A stretch of DNA of 64,000 nt from Auanema rhodensis. Its lineage: Eukaryota > Animalia > Nematoda. This document shows positions 11,472 through 26,207 of this stretch, in pieces. Location: assembly GCA_964057225.1 (NCBI GenBank), contig OZ059896.1, forward strand, positions 10,912,001 through 10,976,000. The letters run 5' to 3'. The position numbers and the translations under genes are program-made. Under the pieces are notes generated by a model. The model was not told the DNA's origin. It saw only the letters and a list, made by a program, of their open reading frames with translations, and made no database searches. Every line of letters starts with the position of its first letter. Position 1 is the first letter of the stretch.

Positions 11472-14400
11472 ATGTCGGCTAATCGAACAGTAACAAGCCT
11501 TGATCCTCCTCCAGAAAAAACAATTTTCCGAATTGGTTTGATATTATTGCTTGAATTACTATTTTTAATATTTTTCTTGTTAATTATAGGTACTAGTGAT
11601 GAAGTATCTTTATCAAATGTATTAAATAGTGTTACAGCTAATCCTGTTAGTGTTCAAGATGAGCCTGGTTCATTTCAAATATTCAATTTTTGGAAAATTA
11701 ACAGTTTTTTCAGATGATTATGCTGATCCTCCTTCTGTATTATTTCCATCTATGCGTCTTATGCTTGCTGCAATGTTGTGTTGTTGTTTTATCACATTGT
11801 CCATATCTTCTTCAAATCTTGCTGTTGCATTGATATGCATGACCAGCTGCCCTGTACATGGCTATGGTGGAAATTTAGATTGGAAATCAGATCAAGTATA
11901 TACTTATCGTGATTTTCATAGCTTATTAGTATTAATCAATTAAGCAAGGTCTTGTATTAGCTGCACAAAATGCTGGTAGTTTGTTAACGTTGGTAACAGG
12001 AGTATGGGCTGATCGTCTTAACGGCAAATGGATGGTAAAGAAAACACGAACAAAGTATATTTATAGTTGTTAACTTACACAGGTTTTTGTGGCTTTGGTT
12101 CTTTGTTGTATTGGAAATTTGATGTTACCATACTTGGCTCATGATTCTTTTTGGTTTGCTGTTTTAGCAAGAATAGCGATTGGGGCTAGTGACGCTTGTT
12201 TAATGCCGGCATGTAACTCATTAATCACAAGGTTAGTTAAACATTTTCAACTAAAATTCAATGTTTCAAATTTCTGATTCAATTCCAGTTTTTCTATTTT
12301 TATATTCATGATTATATGATATATTTCTTTTGGGCAAAAAAAGTTTCTTCTGTTTCAGATGGTTTCCGCAATCAGAACGTGCTGCGGCTATCGGCCTCAT
12401 ATCCGGTGGCAGGCAAATAGGTAAAGACATTATGAAATATCTTAAAGCTTATAATTATAGATTTAACTATATGTATATCCTTTTTTCGTTTGTTTATTTT
12501 TATATGAATCTGTTGTTTGGTTCAACAACTATTTGAAAAGAAGAAAGCAAATAGCTATTGGAAAATCTTTATTTCGTATTTTTTCATGACTATGAGCAGG
12601 TTTCTGCGTTAGTTACCCCAACGATGTCTATATCCTCTTTCTCTCTCCTTTTCTTTCTCAATCTCTTTCTCTCTCTTTCTCTTTTCTTATTTCCTTTTTC
12701 TTTATCTCAAAGTCTCTTCTTCTAATTAATCAGTCAATCGGTTATTTGTAGCTTGATCAAATAATTTGATTTGAAATTCTTTTGGATTACTTTAAATAAT
12801 ATAAAAAATAAAAAAGTAAATTCTTATAAGATATCTAATAATATCTTCTATAAAATATTTATTCTACTTTATATTTTAATTGTGTTTTACGAAAGTTTTG
12901 TATTTTCAGGGACATTGTTTATTCTCCCAACTGCAGGATACCTCTGTACACGCAAAGATATCTTAGATGGATGGCCAGCTATTTTCTATTTATCTGCAAC
13001 TATTTCTATACTTGTTACTCTTTTTTGGCTTCCATTTGGTGCCGATAAACCTGCTAAACAATGCTGTATATCAGGCCGAGAACGTTTTTTCATAGAAAGC
13101 CGGTACTTTTTAAAAAAAATACACTGTTGACTATAATCGAGCAAATTTAGAATTGCCTGTGAGTCAATAGGAAAACGTACAGATCGAACTCGACGAATTC
13201 CTTATCAATCTATGTTGAGATCTAGAGCCTTATGGGCAGCAATTTTCGCTCTTGTATGCCATGAATATCCTTTAGTCATTATGCTCCAGGTATATTCCAA
13301 CATCTCATCTTTTCTCCACTTATTTCAATATATTTTTAAGTTTTTACCTAATTATATGAGAGATGTGTTGGAGTTTGCCCCAACACAAAATGGATTCATG
13401 GCAGCTTTACCTATATTATGCTTATTTGTTTCTAAAACATTATCATCATCATTTTCATCCTTTTTGGTTACAAAAAAACGTTATAACAAAACATTTGTTT
13501 GCAAGGTTTGTTTGAGTTTACTTGTTTTGTTTTATAAAAGTAAGAACATATATCTTTGATTACAATAATGATTATAGTGCTTTAATGCTACAGCATCAGC
13601 TGGATTATCAGTATGCATATTCATGGTACCGTTTTTTGATAAAGATAATGCATTGTGGTCAGTTTTCTCATTATCAGGTGCAATGGTTTTTGCTGGTTAG
13701 TTGATTTTCTATTAATATAACTTACTAAAACTAATTGAAATGTTGAATCTTTTGTACTTATAATTCAATTATCGAAAATGAAATAATTTTATGTGATGTC
13801 TCTTAAGGGTAAACATTTAAAATTAATTTTATGTCTAATTCATTATTCAACAAAAAGGAATATACGTTCAATTATATTTTGATACTTACTTCTTAATCAA
13901 TTTAAAGGTATGCATACACCTGGTGTTATAACAGCTCTTGTTCAAATTGCCCCACCATTTTCGGGAATTATAACAGGATGGTCATTCTTTGCAGTAGCTT
14001 GGTTCAGTATCGGAAACAAAATTTTAACTAAACATATTGTACAACACGGTAAGTTTTACATAATACACACCACTATATTTAGATACAAAGAAAACATTTG
14101 TGCTTTTTAGGTTCCGCGACAGAATGGTCAATGGTGTTTCGCGTATCCGCCCTAGTAGCAGCTTTGCCTGTCGTGTTTTTTTCCATATGGGGATCAGCTG
14201 ATCGGCAGATATGGGCTGCACCTTCTTCGAAATGTTCGGTATATTCACTGAACACATCGAATCCAAATCTAACAAAAAACCAATCTTTGAATAGTTTGCG
14301 ACAGGTTAGTTAGTAATAGTCGATTGCTAAATCCGTTCTATTACAGTTGTCTAGAGCGACCTCTTCGACCTCAATCCGCGATGCCTCATTAAAGGATTCC

Positions 14401-14475
14401 AAGGGTCGGCAGGCAGTGTCTCGCTCATCAAGCTTAGCAAAAAATCTCAATGAAGCAAATGCTCGAAACAACTAG
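11472..14475 (+). CDS. SLC17/sialin-like anion transporter (MFS)
   Basis: Spliced motifs SSSNLAVALICM, LDWKSDQQGLVLAA, GVWADRLNGKW, LITRWFPQSERAAAIG, GWPAIFY, FLPNYMRDVLEF..NGFMAALP, IAPPFSGIITG, WSMVF are typical of SLC17. Confidence 0.92.
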
Positions 14476-14924
14476 CCTTATGCTGACTATAGCGATCTTT
14501 CCTAATTAAACTTAATTTCTACGGAAAAAAAATGACGGGTTCTCAATAAAGCTTACATTCATTATTATATACAAGGATACTCTCAAGTATGGTAAACTAC
14601 GATAAGTACCATCATCATTGTGGCTAACCGTAGAAAATTCAATACAGAATTAATACAATACTAATTTGTGAGGTTACTATGCAGAATGAAGATGTGTAAT
14701 ATGGAAAAAATGGTGAACATGGGCTTCATACAAAAATTGGGGACCTATCCTCGCATTAGAACGCAGTTGAATGATGTATAAAAAATGAAATACATCAAAC
14801 AGAAATGAAACATGGACACCCGGATAAGACGAGAAGAAGGATTAAGTAAAGACTGGACTATGATCCCAAACGAAATGCGTTAAAAGAAGAAAACTCGGAT
14901 CAACCGATTGACCTCCGTGCGTTA

Positions 14925-17900
14925 TTATACATTCCCAATTATGTTAGCGTGCCTATAATAAATATTTTGATAACTATTATACAAATTCAAATACCATTGC
15001 CGAGCTTGCTTTAACGAATTCGGGGCAATTCCTTCACAGTTTCCAAAAATATCTGTTGTATGTATTTCGTGTATAGGATACCAATCCCTTAAAAATCATA
15101 TTTATAATTATAACCTATAACAATGATGTACCATTTATTTTCCGTTCCGAAAAGCATTACACATATTTTGGTGTCCTTCCGAGGTTTTGATCGACATTCA
15201 GATTTCAAAGTTGAAGGAATATGATCGTCTAGTGAAGCTTGGCTTGGATCAATCACTCTTAAAAAAACTGAATAATCCCGAACACAAAATAAAACTAACC
15301 GTCCGGCTAAACCATGAACCGTAACAATATCATTATGCTGAAAACAGTCTAGATCTTCCTAAAAGATTTATATTAAAACATTATAATGAAGAAATGTAAC
15401 TATACCTTTACTTCAGTCTTAGCTTGTTCTCCTAACCTTGCACTTCGCCTATGAGGTCGAACATCATCCTCCTCAGCAGAAGATTCAGAAGATGGAACAT
15501 CGGCAGGGAGTGGGCTACATAACAATAATAAATTATGTCAACTTTTACGTGTGCATACCTCGTTACATTATTCCTAAACTGCATTAAAGGTGCCGGAACC
15601 TGACGCAAACTTGTTCGTCGCTCTGTACTACCACTAGGTTCAAAGAATTTAGTGATACTCGGCTGCTTGAACGGAGTCCCTTCAGTAGACCCTCTTTTCA
15701 ATTTTTTGTTCTTTTTATTAACAGGCGTTGAACATTTTCGTTTATTATTAGACTTCGACAACTCTAAACTTCCTAAAAATTAAAAATTTCATTGGAAAAA
15801 TTATATTTTCAACAAACCAAAAACAGAAGATTGGCGAGGAGTAACATCTTTAGGGGAAAGGAATGAATTTTTCTTGTCATCTTTAGATACAGGAGTTGAA
15901 GGGGGAGATTTAACTTCTACAGGCTTAGTCTCACTGTAAAATAATATAAATTTAAATGTAAAAGCGGTTGAAACAAACTTTTTAATCTCAATTTTTTCGT
16001 CAAAAGAATTCTTCCTACTGACAGCTTCATCCTCGAGAACCATGCTATCATAAAACATTATGTCCAAAGCTTCCTCCATTAGATTTGAAGACGCATGGAG
16101 CTAAATTAAATCATAAAGATTATTCAAAAAATATGTTGTCTTACCTTTTCAAGCTCATTTACTCGAGTTTCAGTCTCACTTATAATGTGAAAACCGGATT
16201 TACTGAACTTTTTACCATATTTTAAATACCAATCATTTAGGGCATTGAACTTTTGACAATTCTCCATCATTAATTGGAAATCTTGCTTGAAATCCGCGAT
16301 CGTATCTATATATCAAGAAAATAAAATTTGACTTATTTTCCTGAACTAACTGTATTTCCCGTCATTTAGCTTTTTCCTCATTGTGGATAAATCCATGGGT
16401 TTTTTGATAATTGTATTATAACCTTCCACATTGACAGGCTCAGCAAAAACCTAAGTTTATAAATTTTACAGATATTCATATATTTAATCTTACATTCATT
16501 TTATCTTTTCGACGTAACTCATCCAATACGTCTTCCAATATAATATTGAGGGGAATAAGTAGACTCTCCACTATTTCTTGGGAAACACGCAGCTGAAATT
16601 CTTATTCAAAACACTCAAAAATATTAGCTTCATTACATGATTCCTCTTATTAATTTCTCGCTTCTTAATTTGCTCACATAATAATCTTCCCGTTTCTAAA
16701 CCACGCCGCATAATCTGGTATCTAAAAGCAATGCGGGCCATATCCGTATTGATTAAAATGTGTATACTACCTTTGAGCTAAAAGGCGATCCTCGTCGTCA
16801 AGGTCTTCGTGAGAGATTGATACCCGTGAAACTTTTTGAGATATCTAAGCAACAAAGGTATTATCAAAAAATGAAGTAAAGTTTTACCTGAAGACGTTTT
16901 ATAAGTGGAACGCCACAACGTGACTGTCGCTTCATATACCAAAATTGAACTATATCAGTGATATCGATGCTCACTCTTTCAGCTATTCGTTCAACAGCTT
17001 CGAAAGTAATTTTTGGCATACTATAAACAGTATTATAATCTTTCAATTCAGTTATAAGAATACTCACTTGACAGTAGGACCGTTATTGGTCGTTACAGCC
17101 ATGTTTCGTCGTGCATTCCGAATAGCGTCGTCCATTCGCTTCTTACGAGAATTAGCATCACATCCGTCATCATCAGAATGCAAGAGGCAATAAACAAACC
17201 TCTGAAAAATAATGTTCAGAATCAATGCATAATTCAGAATTGTAATACCTGCACGTCCATACCATCAGGATCGTTGGAGTCTGGTTTTGCCTGTACTCTC
17301 ATAGACATTCCAGACTGTTGAGCGCAAGTAACATGAAAAGCTTTGAGACAACTTCTTGTTGAGCATTGCAAACAAGCACCCATTTTCTGCCTTAAATTAA
17401 TACTGTGTTCCTTATTCTCCGAAATTTAACTGTTTCTGAGAAAACAGAAAATATTATAGCTATTGTTTACCTGCAGACTAAACATTTTAACTTAGATCTT
17501 CGCCTCAGAGAGTTGTCAACACCCTCTATTGGTTCGAGAAAAACAGCATTACCAAAATGTACCTAAAAATAGAACATAAAAAACGACGAACTTCTTGACG
17601 CTTACTTCATTGAGCCATATTGCACAGATAACGTGTGCCCAACGACCATCACTAGTTTGCTTGAAAGCTCCTCCTGAGTTCGGACAAAGACAACAGCTCA
17701 CTGGAGTTGAAGGCGAAAGCTTACATCTCCTGCAAAGCCATTGTCCCTCAGGAATGTAAGGAACACCATAACATTCCTGGAAAAAAAAGTTTAAACAAAC
17801 GTTAAACAAACCGAATTAAAAAATTTTAGATACATATTGTTCTATACATACCTGATGAACAGCAATATTGCACATATCACAATAAATAATTTGATTAGCA

Positions 17901-18544
17901 TTATTGACATCACCGTCACCGCATATACAACAAGCATCATCAGTATCTATCGAAGACCCTGCTACCATGGAATTAGGGCCCTTTACCTTTAAATATTCAA
18001 AACGGTCAAAATAAGATCAAAAAATTAATGTTATACCTCAAATACGCTTTCCTTCTCAAGGCGATCGATGACCTGTTCCACTACATCAGTGGTATAAGGT
18101 TTTAACTTCTTTTTCTTTCGCTTTTCATTGATAATTTCAAGCCAAAATCCATCCTAATTTAAAAATTAATAAGCCATAATAAATATCTGTAATCACCTCT
18201 TCATCGCATACATATTCAACCATAGCGTCATAATCAGCTTGTGAAGGTTCAGTAAAGTTATTATATTCATCAGTGTATTTGTATGGTGTTGGAGGAGTAT
18301 CAACTTTAAAAGTATGAAATTGAGCAGTTGCAAGTTTGACGTTATCCGCTTTGAAATGCTAAAAATACGATATCAATTGTGAAGAAGAATGATAAAAAAA
18401 ACGTACTTTTTTATACTCGGCAAGAGACTGCGTGGCTCTTCTATCAGCTGGAATTTTAGCATCATCCACGAAGATAATGCTTGTAAAAGTGGCAGGATTG
18501 AATCTTTCGCCATCGCGAAGAGTCACGAAATCATGACAAGCCAT
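14925..18544 (-). CDS. lin-49: BRPF1/Peregrin orthologue (EPC-like, PHD/PZP, bromodomain, C-terminal PWWP-like)
   Basis: [103 protein letters not shown]; [19 protein letters not shown]; bromodomain [23 protein letters not shown]. An in-frame stop upstream supports ATG 18544. Confidence 0.9.
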
Positions 18545-21500
18545 ATTGAGATTGATCTCCCCTCAAGTTGCGGATGAAATGTACATAATAATACAACCAA
18601 ACAGCCTAAAAAATCGATAAAATAATCCCAAAAATTTGATTTATACAAGCTCTCCTAGGTGTTTACCTACAAGAGCTTCATCTTTGCAATAAATTATCTA
18701 TTAAAAATTTGCGTAATTGAAAATACGATAATTAAAGCTACATATTCTTGAAAGAGCCGGGCTGGTACATGCTGAGGATGGCTACCGTAATACACGCTCG
18801 TTGTGAGACCAATTGAAAGACTGACGCGGCGGCAACATAGCGGTTGCTATGCTAATGCGAATGGATTGCTGTGCCAAATCAATGGCAAATACCGCATGGT
18901 TATAACGCCATATGGGCAAGATCTCTCGTGAGAAAAGCTTTTTTCTTAATTTGTCCAGCAAAATGTAATGCGAAATTGGAAAAAAGTGTACAATAAATTT
19001 TATGTTGTATTAAAGAAGTTTCCGATATGAATCATGAAAACAATTGAATGCATGGATGATAAATGTTTTACAATAAAAAATTTAAGAGTTTAAACAGCTA
19101 TCGTTCAAGTACGTCTTCAAGAAATGGATTGATTGTGTTTCATTATCTATGTCTTCATATATACTCATGATATTACTTAATATATTTCTTATAAAGAAGC
19201 AGAGAGAAAGAGTATTTCTTAACACACTTCATTTACGCTATATCTCCCTATTTTCGAACACTCTCTTCTCTATTTTTCTTCCCCCTTTCTCTCTCTCTGC
19301 TTCTATCGTTTTCGCTCTTCCATACCCTGATCGATAAGCGTTTTGGTTGTGGCTGGGTGCTGACTCGGAAGGGCTGGGGCTAGCTTGCCTACTAGCTGTG
19401 GTCGCGGTGTTGATGGGTATAGACGGGAAAGGATCTGTTTTGTTCTATTTGCTGTTGCGGCTGCTGCTACCAGGCCTCTGATGTCAACTAGTAAGCAAGT
19501 GAACGGAAGGCCCGTTATCTGGTGGAAGTATATTTAAAACCAATCCCACGCACAAGCATATATATATATACTATATAATATATATTTATATGTACATACA
19601 TGTATAAAATGATGCGAACTAGTTCAATGACAATAACTTGCTGTGTTTGTGAGGTGAACAAACAAGTAATTTTAAAGTCTCGAATTTTTTTCAAGTTATA
19701 ATAATGACATTAAGATAATTGAAAGAGATTTGTTTTAGTTTTTGACAAGGACATCATACCGTATATTAAGATATCAGTTATGCTTGGTTAAGGTTCAATA
19801 ATCAATTAGTTAACATTAGAAGAAATATATTCATATTACAATGACATTTAGAATTATTTTCTAACTACACATGTGTGATATATACTGTAGTAAACTGTAA
19901 GGTTCCTAAAATAGGGGATATTTAATGCGTAGAAGAGATCAATATGAATATGAATATGATATCTATATACAATTATATTGAAATATTTCAACTTTTTAAT
20001 TTTTTAATTGCTTTTCTTTTGTCTATCTATCCCTCATTATTCATCTGTTTATATCATATATTTATATAATTTATATAATTTAATAAAGATGCGTAAAATG
20101 TTCTTTTCTGTTATTACTTCAAATTAATAAAATTGAACCCACCTTAAAATTAAAGTTAACTAAAGCATGATAGCTTGAAAAACTTTGCTAATTACAATTA
20201 TAAAACTATAATGGAACATGCTGATGTCATAGCTAATTGATCTGCTTTTAACTATTATAAATAAATAACTATTAAATGAAGAAACGAGAATTTATGTAGA
20301 TTACTGTTTAACTAATAAAATTTTATAATTTGTTGACATAAGTATTTGAATTTAAAATAATTTTTGCTCTTTTCATCTAAAGAATATATATATTTCTTTA
20401 AATATTTAAAAAAATGGTTTGCCAACCAATCATCATGGTGTTTATTTTTATGAATTTTCCGATTTCAGGATTGCGTGATATTGGACAATCTTACCTTCCC
20501 AAATTCACTTGATTCTTCGTAACATGATGTCATATGAATTATATAATTAACACATTATACAATTATTTTATTATATGTTTAGCTATTATAGAAGATTGTA
20601 AGATTTAGTAACTCTTTTATTTACTATACAATTATATTTTGTCTTTTCTGTTTTTATTCAGAATAAAGTTTTATTATAAATTTATTTTTAAATTTCGATA
20701 AAAAAATAAAAGATATTCTTATGTTTTTTAGTTATTATTTGATTTTTCTTCTCTATGTTTACTGAATTTCATTTTGATAAAATATAAACAAATACTGTAA
20801 ATTAAGCTTTTCTGTAGTATAAAAAAAGTTTCATAAGATACCAATAAAGAAACTAAAAAGTTTTAGCATTTTCATTTCTGCAATTCTGTTTCCTTTGCTT
20901 AATTATATATAATAATTGGAATTGACGGAAGCACATTGGAAATTACAATAAAACTTTCTTTTACTTAGGCTGTTAGCAGCTTTTTGGAATTACAGACTTC
21001 AAAAGTTCTCTGCTTACCACATTTCTTACTGAAATGCTGAAAAACTTGTATCATCCTTTTCAACGAATATGTTTAAGATAATATTCTTAACTATCTTCTT
21101 ATAGACATTTCTTATCAAACTGCTATTATTTAAACTTTTATACTATTCTGAATATACTCATTAATAATCTTTAAAGCATTTCTTTTCAAATTAATAAATT
21201 ATCAAATATATAATTTTTAAAATGTTATATATACATATCTAACTGATTTGAAAAACGGAAGTTATTTTTATAGCGATAGGATCAATTTATGATTAATATA
21301 TTCTCAATCTTACCTATGTATTCAAGTTGTCAGCTAAATGTGCAAACTATGAAACTACTTTTCAACATGTTCGTGTTTCAGTACATTTTATGATAAAACG
21401 TAATTTTGCAACATTTAATGTTTCTATTACTCTATTTATTCAATAATTTTGTTAACATAACTAAAGAATATTACTGAATGGAGTTAAGAAAATCAGAGGC

Positions 21501-22909
21501 TGTCGATACTTCATACTAGTGTTTTCACTTGATTTTTTAAAAATATTTTGAATTTCATATATAATCGTGACAAGTAAAACTTACACTAGAAGCTTATTTC
21601 TGAGTTTCATCATGATTCCATCATGATTCCATCATCATTCATATTAGATCATTTGTATCGTTCAATTTCAATTTCAATTTCAAAAAAAAAATGAAATCTG
21701 TTTGCTATCATAGCTGATGTACAGCTCAAGCTTGAATAATTGGCTGGAATTTGGATGATAATTTGGTCTGATTGCCTCAAAATTCTTCAGATGGATAAAC
21801 AATATCTTATTTTTTTCTATTCGTTATTAGTAATTTAGATAGTAGATAGATGATCACAACAACAAAATTATGAAAGAGTGATGGTTTCCTCAAATCAGTT
21901 ATCATACTATTGCTGGTTTGATATCTATATACATATACAATATCTATATTTATATATATATACATATCATTGTTTTTTCTAAAAATATTCTAATATTGCA
22001 AAATAATTTCAAAATTTTTAACATTTTTTTACATATTTGTGAATCTAAACTGTTTCTACATTCACTCAAATTGTTATCTTTAGATCTGTGGAATATTTTA
22101 GTTTGTTGATTTGGAATTCTTGAAAATTTGTTCTCAGAAATCATGTACAAGAGTACTTTGTCATTTTTAATTTGGTAAACTAGACATTTTATTTCATTTC
22201 GTTTTATATATAGAAACATAAAAAAATTTTAAGAAATCTATATATCTTTAAAATTTACGAGATAATTTTACTTTTCGATATATTTTTTACAAATTAAAAA
22301 AAACTTTCTCATATGCTCGACTGTTCCAAAGATTTAACTCGGGAGTATAAATTGATCTTTATAGCCGTACTCTGAACGTCATATCCTTTCAATTGATAAA
22401 ACATATTAACTTTCTCTCTTATTCTCTTTCTCGCTTTATCTCTTTCGTTCTCCTTTTTCTGAATATATTTAATCTTGTATAACGTTTTTCTGCCCAATTT
22501 CTTATGACTCGAAGCTATTCACATAGCTACACATATTTATTTTAAATCATCTACTTTAAACTATTGTCTAATCAACCAGCTTTTTTTTTTCTAAAAAAAA
22601 TATGATTGAAATTCATTTTTATTTGAAATCTATATGCATATATTATATAATCATATAGTTATAACATATTGCTCTTGCTCGTTCAAAGCTAATATTATAT
22701 AAATCTTTTTTTTATAAAGAAAAAGACTATTGTTCTCATCTCACTATATGTATGTTCAGTTTATTATATTCTAAAATTCAATTCTTCTTTTTTTTTGTTT
22801 TCTAATTATTTAATTTTCAAAAATAATATAATAAGTATTATTATATTCTTGATTTTATCTGTACTCTTGATAATTTCAAAGTTTTTTGCTGAAATTATTA
22901 AGTTTTCAG

Positions 22910-23973
22910 ATGAGATTACTTTGGTGTATTTATATAGAAGAGAGAGATACAAGAATTTGTAATCTCAGAATTCCAAATAGACCACTGGCAATTTTCTTTG
23001 CGTCAATTCAACTCTTCGTTGCTAGCTGTTCTCTATTTCAGGTTCATTTATTGTTATAATTAATTATTTTTATGATTAAAAAGTTTCGAAGACATTAAAA
23101 ATGTTTCAGCATGTGTTTTCCATTTATATGCACAGACATGTATTCTTATGTCGTTCAAATGTCTCATTTGAAGCTCCTTTTGAAGTAATTTTTAACTTTT
23201 TATTTTATAATATTTATATATACATTATACTGTATATGTATATATATTTATTTATTTAGGATCAAATATTAGCTCATGATATTATCATTTTTGATTTTGG
23301 TCTTATGCGGCGTGTTTTAGGAACACAGGAATGCGTAGCTAACTATTTAGGTAAATTCAACTTATAATATCTGAAAATGTTTGTGAAAAAATAGATAAAA
23401 GCTATATAAAGCTATATTAATCTAATAATACAAAAGATGGAGAAAATGTATTTTCAGATGGAGGTTATATGAGATTTGCATGGACAATTGAACATAGTTC
23501 TGCATTATCATTAAGCATTTTGGCATTGTTTTGTATTCCAAAACCATTATGGTTGTATTGGCCAGGTATTCATTGTAGTTTGCCTCAAATATTTATTTTC
23601 TAAGGACTATTAATGCAATCATCATATTCACTTGGATTATCAGTTTTAACAATGGCTATTGCTCCAAAACTATTAGAAGCTGCCGGAGGAAGAGTAGATG
23701 TTGTTTTAGCATCTCAAATGGGAATATATATTTTTGGGTTTGTTTTAATTAAATTTACGATTGATATTGAAGGATATTAAAATAGATTATATATATATAT
23801 AGTTACATCATTATTCCAGATTTACTTTCAATTGGGTCTTCACTTTCATACTTTGGCATTACTATTGGCATTTGGAAAGACTATACATGCCTCTACCTTC
23901 AACTACTACAACAACTCCTCGAAGTGTCAAAATTACAAACTTGAAAGCGGATCATACAGCAGTTCTTGTTTAA
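22910..23973 (+). CDS. Multi-pass (about 4 TM) membrane protein of unknown function
   Basis: ATG directly after TTTTCAG; 6 exons give MRLLWCIYIEERD..LAHDIIIFDFGLMRRVLGTQECVANYLDGGYMRFAW..LYWPGLLMQSSYSLGL..NWVFTFILWHYYWHLE..TAVLV*. Confidence 0.8.
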
Positions 23974-24887
23974 AATATAATTTTGTTGATAACATTGCTC
24001 AATATTTGCTCTTGAATTCTTTACATACGTGTTTCATTTTGTGAAATAGTCACTAAAATAGAATGTGATATGAAAGCTCAGGTATTTTAAATGTTTCATT
24101 TATATATTGTTATATTGTTATATTATATAGTATATATTCAGTATCGGATTCAAAACAATGAGAAAGTCATATTTTTTACATTTTTTTCCTTATTTTCTTT
24201 TATAAATACATATACTTACATATATATGTATAAATATATATATATATAACATTTCAAGCATTCCAATCTATTTTCAATATTTTTTTAGTTTTTAATCTGG
24301 ATTGTTTCGAATAAATTAAATGCTTTATATATATATATATATATATTTATATGTATTATAAAACACTAAGTAGAATGGTATATTTCAAAATTTTCTAGCC
24401 TAATTACAAAAGCTTGACAAAAGAATTAGATGTTACTTCTGAAAAGCGCCCCCGCAACACAGGAAAACATATTTCTTTAAACTTTTAATTTCTATAGTAC
24501 TACTAAATATCAAAAAAATTTTTTGCTTTTATGTTAGTTGGCGTGCACGCACAGATACAGAAGAAAGAGAAACATAGATTCAGAAATCATTATATCTCTT
24601 TTTATAAAATTAAAAATGTTTTTGAATATTTATTTAAAATCTTTCTTTTATCTTTCATTTTAATTAAAAAAAGACTTTAAAAACTTTTGTTTTTCTATAT
24701 GAAACAAGTGTTTCATTATTTTTGTCTGTCGACTGTATGTATATGTACGTATCTATATGTGTATATTATTTTTATTATTTTATTAAAAAATTTTATTCAT
24801 AATTAATTATTGAACAAATTGAAAAAATCCATCAGTAAAATGTTGATGGTTTAAAAACCTATTGAGTTATTCATTTTTAGTTCGATC

Positions 24888-26207
24888 CTATCCCAGTGTA
24901 CCAGAGCCTCTAGATAATTTGCATGTTGTATACCTGAAATACATAATATAGCTCATAAAAATAAATATTTTTATTCTTCTTCGAATTCTATTTATGTCTG
25001 TTCATGTGGCAAAAATTTCTTCAACTTTTGTCATTGTTTGGACTGCTTGAATAAATTTTTTTAAGTGTAAAGAGTACACAATACCCTCAGACTGAGATTG
25101 TTTTTGTGAACTATTTTGGCTGCGAATGTTAGCTATTTCTAATTTCAGAATCAAAGAAATAGAACTCAGGCAAAAAATCAAAGAATCTATATAAGGTAAA
25201 AAAATATTTTCAACTTTCAATTGAAATTTAGCTTACCGGGCAAGCGCGATTTCATATGCTGCCCATAATCTACGTGCACGACGTCGAACTTGGGCTAGTA
25301 GTTGAACAATAGTTCCGTGAGATACTGAAAAAGGAAATAACTTTTAAAAAGAAATTTCAAAAAAATGTTTGATGTCATAGACTACAAGAGAGATAATAAT
25401 ATTGTACTGTAGAGGCGAACTTGATCAAAACATCTTCAAAATCATAATATATAATATACAATTCATCAAACTGTAAACTATAATTATTTATAAAAATAAT
25501 ATAGTTATATTTAGAATTAAATTGAGCAAAGTTTAGAAGTGAACAAACGAAAAGTTTCGATAATAAATTAAAAAAAGAGTTACACCTTGTTATTTAGTGT
25601 GCTTAAATATGCAGTTATTTACTTGACAAATACTATTTAAACAAGGGGAAACAATTTGAAATTAATTCCAACAATAAATTTCAAACTTAAACTATTCTAT
25701 TGATATGTTTTGTTTTTGCAAATTAGTTTTGTAAATTTGAGAAAAGATATAAAGACTTCCTCTCGTCAACGATTGCAATTTAATGGATCAGAAAAGAAAT
25801 TATTGAAAAAAACAAAGCAATATATCATTTAAAAATATAAAATTAAAAACCGTAATACTATATTATATATTTAAAAATTAAAAAAAAAGACAAAAAACTT
25901 ACAATTTCCACCATAATGATCGATTATAGATTGTAATGGATGCGGCCCACATTCTCCAGCTTCAAGCTCTTTGTCCATATAATCATTAGCATGTTCATTA
26001 GCTTCTTTAAAATTATAATTTTATGGTATTATCTTTAATATCATATTCCATACTAAATTCCGCTTGAATGACTGATGTTATTGTGAATAATAAGAGTATA
26101 TGAAGCCAAATACGAGTATTTGAAGAATTCGTGACTGATGATGCAATAAGATGAGACCAATGTCGTCTGGATGTAGAACTGATATTGAGTGAGTACATCA
26201 TCGTCAT
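24888..26207 (-). CDS. Small secreted prohormone/neuropeptide-like precursor, 4 exons
   Basis: ..RIWLHILLLFTITSVIQA-EFKANEHANDYMDKELEAGECGPHPLQSIIDHYGGNLSHGTIVQLLAQV-RRRARR-LWAAYEIALARYTTCKLSRGSGTLG*. Canonical GT-AG introns, phases consistent. Confidence 0.7.

Noticed and set aside
18814-18835. TGAAAGAC, miR-71-like start
   Set aside because: Only the seed matches; no matching precursor hairpin.
19363-19380. CGGAAGGGCTGGGG, loosely like RNase P CR-I
   Set aside because: No complementary CR-V partner; weaker than the 6120-6420 candidate.
21608-21640. Short tandem CATCATGATTC repeat
   Set aside because: Two to three adjacent copies without spacers; ordinary slippage, not CRISPR-like.
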